Shown piece by piece: positions 21,942 to 32,618 of a DNA stretch of 64,000 bases. Position 1 is the first letter of the stretch. Each line of letters opens with the position of its first letter. A model generated the notes under the pieces. The model was not told the origin of the DNA, did not search any database, and saw only the letters and a list, made by a program, of their open reading frames with translations. Origin of the DNA: an uncultured Verrucomicrobiae bacterium (GTDB lineage: Bacteria; Verrucomicrobiota; Verrucomicrobiia; Chthoniobacterales; UBA10450). The position numbers were made by a program, and so were the translations under genes. The stretch covers positions 224,001-288,000 of the forward strand of contig CAVSDR010000003.1 of assembly GCA_963726745.1 (NCBI GenBank), in the 5' to 3' direction.

Positions 21942-22610
21942 ATGCTTTACGTGGTCGCGACACCGATCGGCAACCTCGACGACATTACCCTGCGTGCGCT
22001 CGCGGTGTTGAAGTCGGTCGACTTGATCGCGGCCGAGGACACGCGGCACTCGGGAAACTTGCTGCGGCATTTCGAAATCCGGAAGCCGCTTGTGAGCTAC
22101 CACGAGCACAACGAAGCCATGCGCACGGCCGAGCTTTCCGAGCGGCTGGCCGCAGGCGAGAACATCGCGCTGATTACGGACGCGGGCCTGCCGGGCGTTT
22201 CCGATCCCGGCACGCGCCTCCTCCGCGCCTGTATCGAGCGGGGATTAGCCTACACCATCATCCCGGGGCCCTCAGCCTTGCTCACGGGCCTGCTCGGCTC
22301 GGGATTCTCCACCGAGCGCTTCTACTGGGGCGGATTTTTACCCCCAAAGAGCGGCGGCCGCGAACGCGAGCTCCGCGCCGCGGCTGAGCGCGCGGAGACG
22401 AGCGTTTTCTTCGAGTCGCCGCACAAGATCGCGAAGACGCTCGCGGCGGCGGTCGGGATCATGCCGGAGCGCATGCTCTGCGTCGCCCGGGAATTGACGA
22501 AAAAATTCGAGGAATTCCGCCGGGGGACCGCGGCGGAATTACTGGCGCACTATGAGGCGCACCCGGCCAAAGGGGAGATCACGCTGGTGATCGCCGGGCA
22601 GGGCAAATAG
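21942..22610 (+). CDS. rsmI: 16S rRNA (cytidine-2'-O)-methyltransferase
   Basis: 'LYVVATPIGNL.DIT.RA', 'AEDTR', 'DAG.PGVSDPG', 'RELTKKFEE'. Confidence 0.95.
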   Translation: MLYVVATPIGNLDDITLRALAVLKSVDLIAAEDTRHSGNLLRHFEIRKPLVSYHEHNEAMRTAELSERLAAGENIALITDAGLPGVSDPGTRLLRACIERGLAYTIIPGPSALLTGLLGSGFSTERFYWGGFLPPKSGGRERELRAAAERAETSVFFESPHKIAKTLAAAVGIMPERMLCVARELTKKFEEFRRGTAAELLAHYEAHPAKGEITLVIAGQGK

Positions 22611-22672
22611 GCCGGATTTCCACTTGCCAGCTCCGCACCGCCGTGTGACCTTTCGCCTCTTTTTCCAAGGCC

Positions 22673-23002
22673 ATGGCTTACGCAATTATCAAAACCGGCG
22701 GACGACAGCATCGTGTGGCGCCTGGTGATATCATCGATGTGGATTTTCTCGACGCGGAGGTCGGCAAGGAAGGCATTTTTGCCGACGTGCTCTTCATCGG
22801 CGACGGGGATCAATTGACCCACGGCAGCCCGCTGATCGAAGGCGCGACCGTCCATGGCGAAGTGCTCGAGCAGCGCAAGGACAAGAAGGTAATCGCCTTC
22901 AAGTATCGCCGCCGGAAAGGCTACCACCGCACCGTCGGCCATCGCCGCAAACTCACCCGCATCAAGATTACCGACATCGATCTCGGCTCTTCCAAGAAGT
23001 AA
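22673..23002 (+). CDS. rplU: 50S ribosomal protein L21
   Basis: '[11 protein letters not shown]', '[15 protein letters not shown]'. Confidence 0.97.
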   Translation: MAYAIIKTGGRQHRVAPGDIIDVDFLDAEVGKEGIFADVLFIGDGDQLTHGSPLIEGATVHGEVLEQRKDKKVIAFKYRRRKGYHRTVGHRRKLTRIKITDIDLGSSKK

Positions 23003-23007
23003 CTCTC

Positions 23008-23271
23008 ATGGCTCATAAAAAAGGACAGGGCAGCGTTAAAAACGGCCGCGACAGCGTCAGCAAGCGGTTGGGCGTGAAGAAATTTGGCAGCGAAGTCGTG
23101 GTTGCCGGCAACATCATTATCCGGCAGCGCGGGACGAAGTTCCTCCCGGGCAAAAACGTCGGCCTGGGACGGGATTACACCATCTTCGCATTGGTCGACG
23201 GCCGGGTGAAGTTCGACCGTGCTGGTCGCCGGGTGAACGTCGAGCCGCAAGCTGCGGTCGCCGCTTCCTAA
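23008..23271 (+). CDS. rpmA: 50S ribosomal protein L27
   Basis: '[20 protein letters not shown]', 'RQRGTK'. Confidence 0.97.
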   Translation: MAHKKGQGSVKNGRDSVSKRLGVKKFGSEVVVAGNIIIRQRGTKFLPGKNVGLGRDYTIFALVDGRVKFDRAGRRVNVEPQAAVAAS

Positions 23272-23358
23272 CGAGCCTCTTTTCACAGTGAAGGCTCGCA
23301 GTCCGGCAGGAGCGGATTGCCGTGCGCGGGCCGTTTGTCGTATAAAACGGAGACGCGC

Positions 23359-23973
23359 ATGAAATACAAAACTCACCTTCTTTTCGGCCCTCCGGGCAGC
23401 GGCAAAGGCACCCAGGGAAAAATCCTCGGGAACATCCCGCGCTTCTTTCATTGCGCCTGCGGCGATGTCTTCCGCTCGATCGACACCCGCACGGAGATCG
23501 GCCGCGCCTTCCTGGAATACTCCAGCAAGGGCCACCTCGTGCCGGACGAGATCACGGTGAAACTTTGGAAAGCGCGGATCGATGCCGCGGTCGACGCTCA
23601 CAGTTTCAAGCCGGATATTGACGTCCTTGTCCTCGACGGCATTCCGCGGAACGTCGGCCAGGCAAAGATCATGGATGAACTGATCGACGTGGAGAACGTT
23701 TTCCACCTCTCCTGCCCGAACCGCGAGGCGCTCTTCGCTCGCTTAAAGAAGCGCGCGCTCAAGGACAATCGCCTGGACGACGCCAACGAGGAAGTGATCA
23801 AGCGCCGCCTCGCGACCTACGAAACCGAGTCGAAACCGGTCCTGAACTACTACGGCAAGGATCGCATCACCTGCATCGACGCGACCGAACCGCCGGCGAA
23901 AGTCTTGCTGCACATCCTGGAGTGCCTTAATGGCGTAAACGCAGAGCATGAGCCAGTCGCCGCAGCAGTTTGA
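23359..23973 (+). CDS. adk: Adenylate kinase family nucleoside monophosphate kinase (short LID)
   Basis: 'GPPGSGKGTQ', 'LVPD', 'LDGIPR', 'RLDD...RL..Y'. Confidence 0.85.
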   Translation: MKYKTHLLFGPPGSGKGTQGKILGNIPRFFHCACGDVFRSIDTRTEIGRAFLEYSSKGHLVPDEITVKLWKARIDAAVDAHSFKPDIDVLVLDGIPRNVGQAKIMDELIDVENVFHLSCPNREALFARLKKRALKDNRLDDANEEVIKRRLATYETESKPVLNYYGKDRITCIDATEPPAKVLLHILECLNGVNAEHEPVAAAV

Positions 23974-24205
23974 AAATTTCACCGCCTCGAGCCTCTATTG
24001 CGAGAAGTGCAAGGCGGCGATGCCGGTGCGTGAGCGCCTCCTCCTCGTCCTCCCGGACAAGGAAGTTTACGACTATCTCTGCACTGGGTGCGCCTCTTCG
24101 GTTGGCTCACGCGAAGTAACCGCCGGGGAGAAATTAATGGCGCAAGGCATGGCTGCGCGCCGTCCGCGCCGCGCGCCGGCGGCCGTTCCGCGACTGCGGA
24201 TTTAA
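23948..24205 (+). CDS. Small zinc-ribbon protein
   Basis: CEKC...CTGC; fills the gap between adk and fmt. Confidence 0.75.
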   Translation: MSQSPQQFENFTASSLYCEKCKAAMPVRERLLLVLPDKEVYDYLCTGCASSVGSREVTAGEKLMAQGMAARRPRRAPAAVPRLRI

Positions 24206-24211
24206 CGCGCG

Positions 24212-25126
24212 ATGCGCGTCGTTTTCATCGGCACGGGCGAGATCGGCCTGCCGACGCTGCGCTGGCTCCTGGCTTCAACAGAGCACGAATTAGCCGGCGT
24301 AATCACGCAGCCGGACAAGCCGGTCGGCCGCGCACAGACGATCACTGCCCCGCCGATCAAGGCTGCGCTCTCCGGCCTCGCCATTCCCATCCTGCAGCCG
24401 GTGCGGATCAAGCGCGAGGAAGCCATCGCCGAGATCCGCGCGCTCGCACCGGAGGTGATCGTGGTCATGGCTTACGGCCAAATTCTGCCGCCGGCGTTGC
24501 TCGAGATTCCGCCGGTCGCCTGCCTGAATCTCCACGCCTCGCTCCTCCCGAAATACCGTGGCGCTGCGCCCATCCAGGCGGCGATCGTCGAAGGCGAAAG
24601 CGAGACCGGGATCACGGTGATGTATATGGATGCAGGGCTCGACACCGGCGACATCCTCCTCAAGACAATGCTCGCGATCGCGCCTGATGAAACCGGCGGC
24701 TCGCTGCACGATCGGCTCGCGGAGATCGCGCCCAATTCGCTGGCTAATGCCCTCAAGCTCCTCGCCGCCGGAAAGGCGCCGCGCACCCCGCAAGATTCCG
24801 CCGAGGCGACCTATGCGCCCAAGCTCGAGCGCGAGCATGGCCGGATCGATTGGTCGCAATCCGCCGCTGCGATCGAGCGGAAAATCCGCGCCTACGATCC
24901 CTGGCCGGGGAGCTACGCGCTCCTGCGGACGGAGTCCGGCCGCGAAAGCAAGCTCAAGGTCTTCCGCGCGGAGATCCTGCCGGCTAACGAGTCGTCGCCC
25001 GGCGAACTCATCTTCGCGGCCGCCGACGGCGCGCTCCGTTTCCTCGAGGTGCAACCGGAAGGGAAAAAGCGGATGTCCGCGGCCGATTTCCTCCGCGGCC
25101 GGCCGCAGATCTTGCTGGCAGTTTAG
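24212..25126 (+). CDS. fmt: Methionyl-tRNA formyltransferase
   Basis: 'TQPDKPVGR', '[16 protein letters not shown]', 'DAGLDTGD'. Confidence 0.95.
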   Translation: MRVVFIGTGEIGLPTLRWLLASTEHELAGVITQPDKPVGRAQTITAPPIKAALSGLAIPILQPVRIKREEAIAEIRALAPEVIVVMAYGQILPPALLEIPPVACLNLHASLLPKYRGAAPIQAAIVEGESETGITVMYMDAGLDTGDILLKTMLAIAPDETGGSLHDRLAEIAPNSLANALKLLAAGKAPRTPQDSAEATYAPKLEREHGRIDWSQSAAAIERKIRAYDPWPGSYALLRTESGRESKLKVFRAEILPANESSPGELIFAAADGALRFLEVQPEGKKRMSAADFLRGRPQILLAV

Positions 25127-25176
25127 CCGGCAACCTTTCGCTTCCCAAGCGCGCGACCTTGTTTGATCTTCCGGCC

Positions 25177-25905
25177 ATGCAAGCCGCCGCCGCCCCCGTT
25201 TACAAACGCGTTGTGATCAAGCTGAGCGGCGAGGCCCTGCGCGAGGCCGGCTCCCGGGAAAACATCTCGCCGCAGATCGTGCGCGACATCGCCACCTGCA
25301 TCAAGTCGGTGAAAGACCTCGGCGTGCAGACCTGCGTGGTCATCGGCGGCGGCAACATCTGGCGCGGTCTTTCCGCGAGCCATCGCGGGATGGACCGCAC
25401 GACCGCCGATTACATGGGCATGCTTGCGACCGTGATCAACGGCCTGGCCCTGAAAAGCGCGCTCGACGAACTCGGGGTGGAGACGCGCGTGCAGACGGCG
25501 ATCGAGATGCAGAATGTCGCGGAGCCGTTCATTCTCGGCCGCGCCATTCGTCATCTCGAAGTCGGGCGCGTGGTCATCTTCGTTGCCGGCACCGGCAATC
25601 CCTATTTCTCCACCGACACCACCGCGGCCCTGCGCGCAAGCGAGGTGCGCGCGGACGTGATCCTGAAAGCGACAAAGGTCGATGGGATCTACGATTCCGA
25701 CCCGAAGAAGAATCCCGACGCGAAACGCTTCGAGCGCCTGACCTACAACGACGCGCTCGGGCAGCGGCTGCAGGTGATGGATTCCACCGCTTTCAGCCTC
25801 TGCATGGACAACAAGATTCCGATCATCGTTTTCGACATGAACCTGCCGTCAAACTTCACCGACGTCGTCCTTGGGAAGAAAATCGGCACGACCGTTTCCG
25901 AGTGA
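25177..25905 (+). CDS. pyrH: UMP kinase
   Basis: 'KLSGEAL', 'GGGNIWRG', 'DYMGMLAT', 'GNPYFSTDT'. Confidence 0.96.
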   Translation: MQAAAAPVYKRVVIKLSGEALREAGSRENISPQIVRDIATCIKSVKDLGVQTCVVIGGGNIWRGLSASHRGMDRTTADYMGMLATVINGLALKSALDELGVETRVQTAIEMQNVAEPFILGRAIRHLEVGRVVIFVAGTGNPYFSTDTTAALRASEVRADVILKATKVDGIYDSDPKKNPDAKRFERLTYNDALGQRLQVMDSTAFSLCMDNKIPIIVFDMNLPSNFTDVVLGKKIGTTVSE

Positions 25906-25947
25906 GCGGATTGCGAACCGGAGATTGCTGACTAAAACTGCCCCTGC

Positions 25948-26508
25948 ATGAGCGCCGAAGATATTTTGTTCGAAGCCGAGGAAACGATGGAGAAGAGCGT
26001 GGACTACATGATCCACGAATTTTCCGCGGTGCGGACCGGGAAAGCCTCCCCTGCCCTGGTGGAAAACGTGGACGTGGAAGCCTACGGCTCGGCGATGAAA
26101 TTGAAGCAGCTCGCGCTCATCACCACGCCGGAGCCGCGGCTGCTGGTGGTGCAGCCATTCGACGCGGCCACGATCAAGGACATCGAGCGCGCGCTCAAGG
26201 AATCCAAGATCGGCATCCAGCCGCTGGTTGACGGCAAGATCATCCGCCTGCCGGTGCCGGAGCTGTCGGAGGAACGCCGCAAGGACCTGGTGAAATCGCT
26301 CAAGCAAATGGCCGAGGAAGCGCGCGTGCGCGTGCGGACCAATCGCCGGCACGCGATCGACGAAGCGAAGAAGCTGCAAAAAGGCGGCGACCTGACCGAG
26401 GACGGCCTGCGCGACCTGGAAGCGGACGTGCAGAAATTAACCGACCGCTTCGTCAAATCGATCGACGACCACTTCGAGCGCAAAGAAGCCGAAGTGATGA
26501 AGGTTTAG
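25948..26508 (+). CDS. frr: Ribosome recycling factor
   Basis: 'RTGKASP', 'LSEERRK.L.K', follows pyrH. Confidence 0.96.
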   Translation: MSAEDILFEAEETMEKSVDYMIHEFSAVRTGKASPALVENVDVEAYGSAMKLKQLALITTPEPRLLVVQPFDAATIKDIERALKESKIGIQPLVDGKIIRLPVPELSEERRKDLVKSLKQMAEEARVRVRTNRRHAIDEAKKLQKGGDLTEDGLRDLEADVQKLTDRFVKSIDDHFERKEAEVMKV

Positions 26509-26522
26509 GCTGCTTCGAACGA

Positions 26523-26628
26523 GACAGGATTTGCGGGATTATCAGGATGCACAGGATTCCGGAGGGCCGTGTTGGCCATCTCATCCTCTCGGCTACATGG
26601 GAATCCTGTTAATCCAAGAAATCCTGTC
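26523..26628. repeat. Inverted-repeat element built of 9-bp (A)CAGGATT-like units between convergent genes
   Basis: Left arm GACAGGATT TGCGGGATT ATCAGGATG CACAGGATTCC; right arm GGAATCCTGTT AATCCAAGA AATCCTGTC. Confidence 0.75.
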
Positions 26629-26637
26629 TAGTTCGCT

Positions 26638-27453
26638 TCAGAGCCGAACCAGATCGAGCAGGAATTGGCACCAGAGGTAGACCATCCCGCGGAAGGAATA
26701 CTTCACTTCCCGCTCGTCCACCGGCTTGAGCACGCCGGCATCGATGTTGTGCTGGATCTGCTGGCGCAAGTCATTCTCGATCTCCGCCTGGATGCGCTCC
26801 TCGTCCATCGCGTCGATCACGCTCGTCTCCACCTGGTTCTGCCGGAGGAATTGCTTGTGGCTTTGGTAGAGCTGCCAAAACGATTGGTCCGGCCGCTGGC
26901 GGTTGATCTTGAACTGCGGCGTGAGTTTTAGCCCGTAGGAGAGCGGGTAGTTCCAGGTCGTCCAGATGATCCCGTCGCGTGCCCGCGAAGAAATGCGCAG
27001 GTAGTAAAACGAAAGATCGTTCTGCTCGTTCAGGCAGATAGTGGCCTGCGCGCGGTCCTCGTCCTTGTAGAACAAGCGGAAGAATTGCTTGTAGTCCTCC
27101 CATTCCCAGCCGGCGTCGCTGATGTGCGCGAAGCTCTCGTTCTCGATCTCGCGCGTGATCTCATCGAGCGTCGGGAAGACGTCCTGCGAAGGCGGCGTCT
27201 TCGGACGGAGCGATTTCTCCTTCGGCAAACGGAGCGCGCGAATGCGCGTGAGGATTTCCAGCCACGGAAGGAAGAGCCAGAGGAGCGCCGCGATCGTGCC
27301 GATGATCCAGCTGCCAGTGATGAAATAGACCGCGAGAAAGGTGCAGACGAGAATGCCGACGGCGCCAGCTTTTTGCGCCAGCGAATGTTGATAGCTGCGC
27401 AGGGCCACGCTGAGGACGGCGACCCCCAGCGTCAGTAACAGGCCGAAAAGCAT
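26638..27453 (-). CDS. Hypothetical membrane protein
   Basis: Three N-terminal hydrophobic helices plus a soluble domain. Confidence 0.75.
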   Translation of the reverse strand: MLFGLLLTLGVAVLSVALRSYQHSLAQKAGAVGILVCTFLAVYFITGSWIIGTIAALLWLFLPWLEILTRIRALRLPKEKSLRPKTPPSQDVFPTLDEITREIENESFAHISDAGWEWEDYKQFFRLFYKDEDRAQATICLNEQNDLSFYYLRISSRARDGIIWTTWNYPLSYGLKLTPQFKINRQRPDQSFWQLYQSHKQFLRQNQVETSVIDAMDEERIQAEIENDLRQQIQHNIDAGVLKPVDEREVKYSFRGMVYLWCQFLLDLVRL

Positions 27454-27693
27454 CTAGGGCTTGATCTGGTGCTCGCTCAGGAACTTCTCCAACTGATCGG
27501 TGTCGAAATTCGCCAGCACATGATCGCCCGCGACCAGCGTAGGCACGTAGGTCTGCTCGGAAAGCTCCACCATTTCCTTATACGCCTCGCGATCTTCGCC
27601 CACGTCGATCTCGTCAAACTGGAAGCCGCGCTCGGAGAGGAATTCCTTCGCGTCGATGCACCAGGAACACCATTCACGACTGTAGAGTTTCAT
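27454..27693 (-). CDS. Glutaredoxin/NrdH-like protein
   Basis: 'WCSWC', 'QTYVPT', 'FD...L'. Confidence 0.88.
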   Translation of the reverse strand: MKLYSREWCSWCIDAKEFLSERGFQFDEIDVGEDREAYKEMVELSEQTYVPTLVAGDHVLANFDTDQLEKFLSEHQIKP

Positions 27694-27765
27694 TGCGGTA
27701 GCCACGGCGGGAATAAACGCGCCGCGCCGGAAGGCGTCAACCTGCGAGGCGCGCCGCGCCTGCGC

Positions 27766-30534
27766 CTAACGAGCGAAATTCCCGGTCCGCTGGCGCACGT
27801 TCAGGACGTCGCCGGCGTTAATCACGCCGTCGCCGTTAATGTCGGCCCGGAAAGTCTGCGCGCTCGCCGCTTCGCCCGACCACTGGCGGCTGCGGAGAGT
27901 GTCGCCGGCGTTGACCACGCCATCGCCGGTGACGTCACCGACGAGGATCACCACCTGCAGGAAGACGTCGTCGGTACACCGGCCGTCGTTCACGCCATGC
28001 AGGACGAGCTGCAGGCGTTGTTGGTCGGCCACGCCGGAAAGGCCGATCACGAGGGTGTCGCTGCCGCTTCCGGTCTGCGTCCGAATTTGTCCGTTGCTAC
28101 CCTCGAGCGTGGTGCCGCTGTAGCTGACCGGCGCGGGGAAGCGCACTATGAGATCGTAGTCTCCCGCGCTCCCGCCGTTCCGCGGCTCCACCCCCGGCAC
28201 ACCCCCGAGCGGCAAGGCGACCGAGAAAATGCCGGCTGCGCCGTGATTCCGCTGGGAAAGAAACTGGCTGGGCACGATTTGGCGGAGACGCGCAGCGCCG
28301 AGGCGCGATTGCCCGTCGATGCGGGTAAAGAGACCGCCCAGCCAGATGCTCCCGTCGTTAGCCGGCAAGATCACATGCACCGTGCTGTTGGCGGTGACCT
28401 GGAATGTCGGATCAACCGTGCCATCGTTCTGCAGACGGGCGAGGCGTTGCCGCGGCACTCCGCCGATGCTGGTGAACTCGCCGCCCACGAGAATTCGCCC
28501 GTCGGCCTGCAACGCCAGCGCTTCGATGAAATCATTCACCGGCACCGCGAAGCCGTCGGCTGTTCCATCGGGATTCACGCGCAGGAGCGAGCCGAACCTC
28601 CCGCCGAAAATCACTTTTCCATCCGGCTGCACCTCGAGTTCCGAGACGCCGTTCGACGGCGTGACCGGCCGGAAGCTGGGGTCCGGCAGGCCGCTCGCAC
28701 TGACGCGCGCGAGGTAGTGATAAGAGGCGTCACCGTTGACGTTGGTAAAGTCGCCGCCGAGCACCACCTGACCATCGGGCTGCAGGGCGATGTCGTTCAC
28801 GAAGTAGACCCCACCGCGTGCGGCCACGATCTGGAAAGTGGAATCGAGCTGCCCATCCGGCAGCAGGCGCACCAACCCGGAAAGCACCGGTGAAGTCGCA
28901 CTGCCGGTGATCAATTTCCCGGCCACCAGGATGCGACCGTCCGGTTGCAACAGAATCTTGCGAATGACCGTGCGTTGCTGAATCGAGGAAGAGAAAGAAA
29001 CAAACGGCGACATGAAGGTGAAGTCGACCGTGCCGTCAGGATGCAACCGTTGCAGGAGGATGCTTGCACCCCCGTTGGCCGCGAGAACTTTTCCATCGCC
29101 CTGCACGGCCAGGCTGTAGACCGGGCCAAGATTCCGGCGCGGGTCAAAGGTCGGGTCGAGCGCGCCGCTACCGGAATAACGCGCGGCTCCCCGGCGAGCC
29201 GCCTGCTCAGCGTAGAAAAAATCGCCGCCGAGCACAACCTTCCCGTCTGGCTGAAGCGCGATGTCCTCCACAATGCCCTGGCGCGTGACGTTGAAGGTGC
29301 CACGCACGCTTTCGTCGATCGTCCCATCGGTGCGCACGAGCGCGAGATTTTCGTAGAAGTTGGTCCCGTCGGGCAGATTGATCACCGAAAAGGATCCGCC
29401 AAGGACCGCGCTTTCATCGGGCAGCAGAGTCACCGCGAGCACCAGGCCGGCCAGCTGACGGTCGATGTTGAAGCTGGGATCGCGCGCGCCACTGTTCGTT
29501 AGGCGGACCACCCGAAACTGCGTCACGCTTCCGTCGTAAAGGTAGAAGTCGCCGCCGACGGTGATCCGCCCGGCGGCATCGAGCGCGAAGTCGTAGACCG
29601 TGCCGTTGAGGATCTCTCCGCCATGGAAAGCCGGGTCGATCGTTCCATCCGGCAGCAAGCGCGCGAGCGGCCCGACCAGGCGACCGGCGATCTGGGTGAA
29701 CGCCCCACCCAGCAGGATCTTGCCGTCCGGCTGCAAGACGAGCTCCTCGATTCCGAAATTTAGTTCCGCAAGGATGGCCTCGAGCGCGCCGTTAGCCGAA
29801 TAGCGGCGCAGCTGGGGCGGAGTGATGGTGCCCAGGCTGGTGCCGACGAGGATGCGACCATCTGGTTGCAGCGCGAGGGTGTCGCTCGACTCGGAGGCGT
29901 TCCCGGTGAAACTGAAATCCACGCTCCCATCCGGCTGCAGGCGCGCGAGATTTTTCGCGATGTAGGCGCTGCCGGTCGATGGATTGGTCGCGGAGAGCGT
30001 GAAGGTGCCCCCGACGATGATCTTGCCGTCTGTTTGCAGGACGATCCCGCCAACGCGGCCGTCAATCGTGGGCGACTGGTTCTGCAGGAAAGCGGGATCG
30101 CGCGAGCCGTCGGCATTCAAGCGCTCCAGCGCGACGACCTGGCCGGTCTCGTCGCGCCGATAACGGCCGCCGACGAGAATTTTGCCATCCGGTTGCACTT
30201 GAAGCGCACGGACCGTCCCGCCAGTGCTCAGGATCGAAACGCCCACTTCGCCGACGCTGATGTCGCCGGCGTCAAAGGAAGGATCGATGGTTTTGTCCGG
30301 GAGGAAACGCGCCACGCCGCTGCGCGCCAGTCCGCCGGCGGTGAGGAAATTTCCACCCGCGAGGATTTTTCCGTCGGTCTGCAAGGCGGTCACATAGACG
30401 GTCGCGTTGCCCGCGGTGCTCGAGGAAAACTGCCGCAGCGTCGGCTTGAATTCCGGGTCCACCTCCGTGGCCGGGAGCGGCCGGGAGAACAACGACAAGC
30501 CGAACAGGACGCAACCAAGCAACCGCCAATGCAT
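27766..30534 (-). CDS. Secreted delta-60-repeat beta-propeller protein with C-terminal Ig-like and dockerin-like module
   Basis: More than ten repeats of 'LQPDG(K/R)ILVGG.F...LARL.PDG..DP.F'; C-terminal 'GDVTGDGVVNAGD...ADINGDGVINAGD'. Confidence 0.88.
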   Translation of the reverse strand: MHWRLLGCVLFGLSLFSRPLPATEVDPEFKPTLRQFSSSTAGNATVYVTALQTDGKILAGGNFLTAGGLARSGVARFLPDKTIDPSFDAGDISVGEVGVSILSTGGTVRALQVQPDGKILVGGRYRRDETGQVVALERLNADGSRDPAFLQNQSPTIDGRVGGIVLQTDGKIIVGGTFTLSATNPSTGSAYIAKNLARLQPDGSVDFSFTGNASESSDTLALQPDGRILVGTSLGTITPPQLRRYSANGALEAILAELNFGIEELVLQPDGKILLGGAFTQIAGRLVGPLARLLPDGTIDPAFHGGEILNGTVYDFALDAAGRITVGGDFYLYDGSVTQFRVVRLTNSGARDPSFNIDRQLAGLVLAVTLLPDESAVLGGSFSVINLPDGTNFYENLALVRTDGTIDESVRGTFNVTRQGIVEDIALQPDGKVVLGGDFFYAEQAARRGAARYSGSGALDPTFDPRRNLGPVYSLAVQGDGKVLAANGGASILLQRLHPDGTVDFTFMSPFVSFSSSIQQRTVIRKILLQPDGRILVAGKLITGSATSPVLSGLVRLLPDGQLDSTFQIVAARGGVYFVNDIALQPDGQVVLGGDFTNVNGDASYHYLARVSASGLPDPSFRPVTPSNGVSELEVQPDGKVIFGGRFGSLLRVNPDGTADGFAVPVNDFIEALALQADGRILVGGEFTSIGGVPRQRLARLQNDGTVDPTFQVTANSTVHVILPANDGSIWLGGLFTRIDGQSRLGAARLRQIVPSQFLSQRNHGAAGIFSVALPLGGVPGVEPRNGGSAGDYDLIVRFPAPVSYSGTTLEGSNGQIRTQTGSGSDTLVIGLSGVADQQRLQLVLHGVNDGRCTDDVFLQVVILVGDVTGDGVVNAGDTLRSRQWSGEAASAQTFRADINGDGVINAGDVLNVRQRTGNFAR

Positions 30535-30621
30535 GGGAAAAGACTTGGACGCGTCCGACAGCCGCGCGAGCTAATCCTTCGAGGATTAGGTAACTTTTTT
30601 GTTACCTAACCAGCGAAATCA

Positions 30622-32151
30622 TTAGTAGCTCTTCGCCCAGACCACGCGCTGCTTGCTCGGCTCGCCGGTAAAAATGCAGGTGCCGGCTTCGCCGCTTTCG
30701 AAAGGGATGCAGCGGATGGTGACTTTGAGGTCGGCTTTGATCTGCTCCTCGACCGCGCGGCTGCCGTTCCAATGGGCCAGGGCGAAGCCGCCGTGGATCT
30801 CCGGTTTGCCGGCATTCTTCGGAGTGAAGAAGGCGTAGAACTCCTCCTTGGAATTGATCTCGCGCGTGTGCGCTTCGCGAAAATCGAGCGCGCGTTGCAA
30901 CAAGGTTTGCTGGATCGAATCAAGCATCCCAGCGGCTTGCGCGACGAAGTCAGCACTGGCGACGAACTCCTTGGCCTTCACGCCCTGGTCGCGGCGGCTG
31001 ACGGCCACCTTGCCCGACTCGAGATCGCGCGGCCCAAGCTCCACGCGGATGGGCACGCCTTTCTTGATCCATTCCCAGCTCTTCACTCCGCCACCGAGAT
31101 CGCGGGTGTCGACGTCCACTTCGATCGGCGCCCCGGCATAAGTTTGCGCGCGCAAATCGCTGGCTAATTTCTGCGCCGCTTCCAACACCGCGGCGCGCGT
31201 CTCTTCCTTCGGCGTGATCGGGAGGATGACGATATGCGTGGGCGCGATGCGCGGCGGGAGAACAAGGCCATCGTCATCCGCGTGGGCCATGATCAAGGTG
31301 CCGATCATGCGCGTGCTCATGCCCCAGCTCGTCGTCCAGCCGAACTCCTGCTTGCCATCGCGTGTCTGGAATTGAATGCCGCTGGCCTTCGAGAAATTTT
31401 GCCCGAGGAAATGCGACGTGCCGGCCTGGATGGCTTTGCGGTCCTGGACCATCGCCTCGATGCAAAGCGTCTGATCGGCGCCGGGAAAGCGCTCGCTTTC
31501 CGACTTCTCGCCGGTGAAGACAGGGACGGCCACGTGGTCGCGCACGAACTTCTCGTAGACGTCGAGCATGCGTTTAGTTTCCTCGCGCGCTTCGGCTTCG
31601 GTTTCGTGCACCGTGTGGCCTTCCTGCCAGAGAAATTCAGTCGTGCGCAGGAAGATTCGCGGCCGCATTTCCCAGCGGACGACGTTGGCCCATTGGTTGA
31701 TCAAAATCGGCAGGTCGCGATAGCTTTGAACCCACTTGGCATAGCTCGCGCCGATGATCGTCTCGGAAGTCGGCCGGACGACCAGTGGCTCGCTCAGCGG
31801 GCTCGCAGGCACGAGCTTGCCCTCGGCATTCGCTTCCAGCCGGCTGTGCGTGACGACGGCGCATTCCTTGGCGAAGCCCTCCACGTGCGCGGCTTCTTTT
31901 TCGAGATAACTCAGCGGGATGAAGAGCGGGAAGTAGGCGTTCCGATGGCCGGTGGCCTTGAACATGGCGTCGAGCTGGCGCTGCATGTTTTCCCAGATGC
32001 CGTAGCCCCACGGGCGAATGACCATGCAGCCGCGGACGTCCGAGCCTTCGGCCAATTCCGCCGCGCGGATGACCTGCTGATACCACTCGGGAAAATCGTC
32101 TTCGCGCCGCGGGGTGATCGCGGTTTTTGCTGCCTTGGCCTGGTCGCTCAT
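30622..32151 (-). CDS. proS: Proline--tRNA ligase (eukaryote/archaea type)
   Basis: 'RPTSET', 'QWANVVRWE.R..FLRTTEFLWQEGHT', 'QAGTSH.LGQNF', C-terminal 'AKSY'. Confidence 0.96.
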   Translation of the reverse strand: MSDQAKAAKTAITPRREDDFPEWYQQVIRAAELAEGSDVRGCMVIRPWGYGIWENMQRQLDAMFKATGHRNAYFPLFIPLSYLEKEAAHVEGFAKECAVVTHSRLEANAEGKLVPASPLSEPLVVRPTSETIIGASYAKWVQSYRDLPILINQWANVVRWEMRPRIFLRTTEFLWQEGHTVHETEAEAREETKRMLDVYEKFVRDHVAVPVFTGEKSESERFPGADQTLCIEAMVQDRKAIQAGTSHFLGQNFSKASGIQFQTRDGKQEFGWTTSWGMSTRMIGTLIMAHADDDGLVLPPRIAPTHIVILPITPKEETRAAVLEAAQKLASDLRAQTYAGAPIEVDVDTRDLGGGVKSWEWIKKGVPIRVELGPRDLESGKVAVSRRDQGVKAKEFVASADFVAQAAGMLDSIQQTLLQRALDFREAHTREINSKEEFYAFFTPKNAGKPEIHGGFALAHWNGSRAVEEQIKADLKVTIRCIPFESGEAGTCIFTGEPSKQRVVWAKSY

Positions 32152-32237
32152 GTGAGCGCGATACTTAACCGCTGCCGGGGGAAACGCCAGCGGGCTTTCC
32201 CCTGCGAGCACCGCGCGAGGTGTGATAGCGTAGGCGT

Positions 32238-32576
32238 ATGAAATTCACTTTTTGCCTGCTGGCCCTGGCCGCCGCGATTGCCCCGCTGCGCGCCGACGAA
32301 GTCGACGGGAGCGATGTTCGCCGCGAGCTCCTCGAACGCGACGCGCGCGTCGCCAAGCTCTCGTTAGACGACCAGCTCAAGCTCCGCGCAGCCTCGCAAA
32401 AAGCGGTCGACGATCCGGCGGTGAAAGCTGCTCTGGAGAAACGCAACGAAGCCATCCGCGTTTACCGCGAAGCGGTGCGCGCAGCGATGATCCAAGCCGA
32501 TCCGAGCGTGGCCCCGCTTCTCGAGCGGATCGCAATCCCCGAGCGGCCGGCTGCGGCTGCGGCGGAAAAGCCGTAG
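32238..32576 (+). CDS. Small secreted helical protein
   Basis: Signal peptide; 'KLRAA.QK..DP.V.AA...QADPS..P.L'. Confidence 0.75.
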   Translation: MKFTFCLLALAAAIAPLRADEVDGSDVRRELLERDARVAKLSLDDQLKLRAASQKAVDDPAVKAALEKRNEAIRVYREAVRAAMIQADPSVAPLLERIAIPERPAAAAAEKP

Positions 32577-32618
32577 CGCGCAACTTTTCCCACCGGCAGG
32601 GTTTTCATCCGCACACAC

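Noticed and set aside
27766..30534. Periodic repeats as a CRISPR array or DNA tandem repeat
   Set aside because: They are degenerate protein-level delta-60 repeats within one ORF; no identical DNA repeats with spacers and no cas genes
30622..32151. Eukaryote/archaea-type ProRS as recent horizontal transfer
   Set aside because: This ProRS type is widespread in several bacterial phyla, and its composition matches the surroundings
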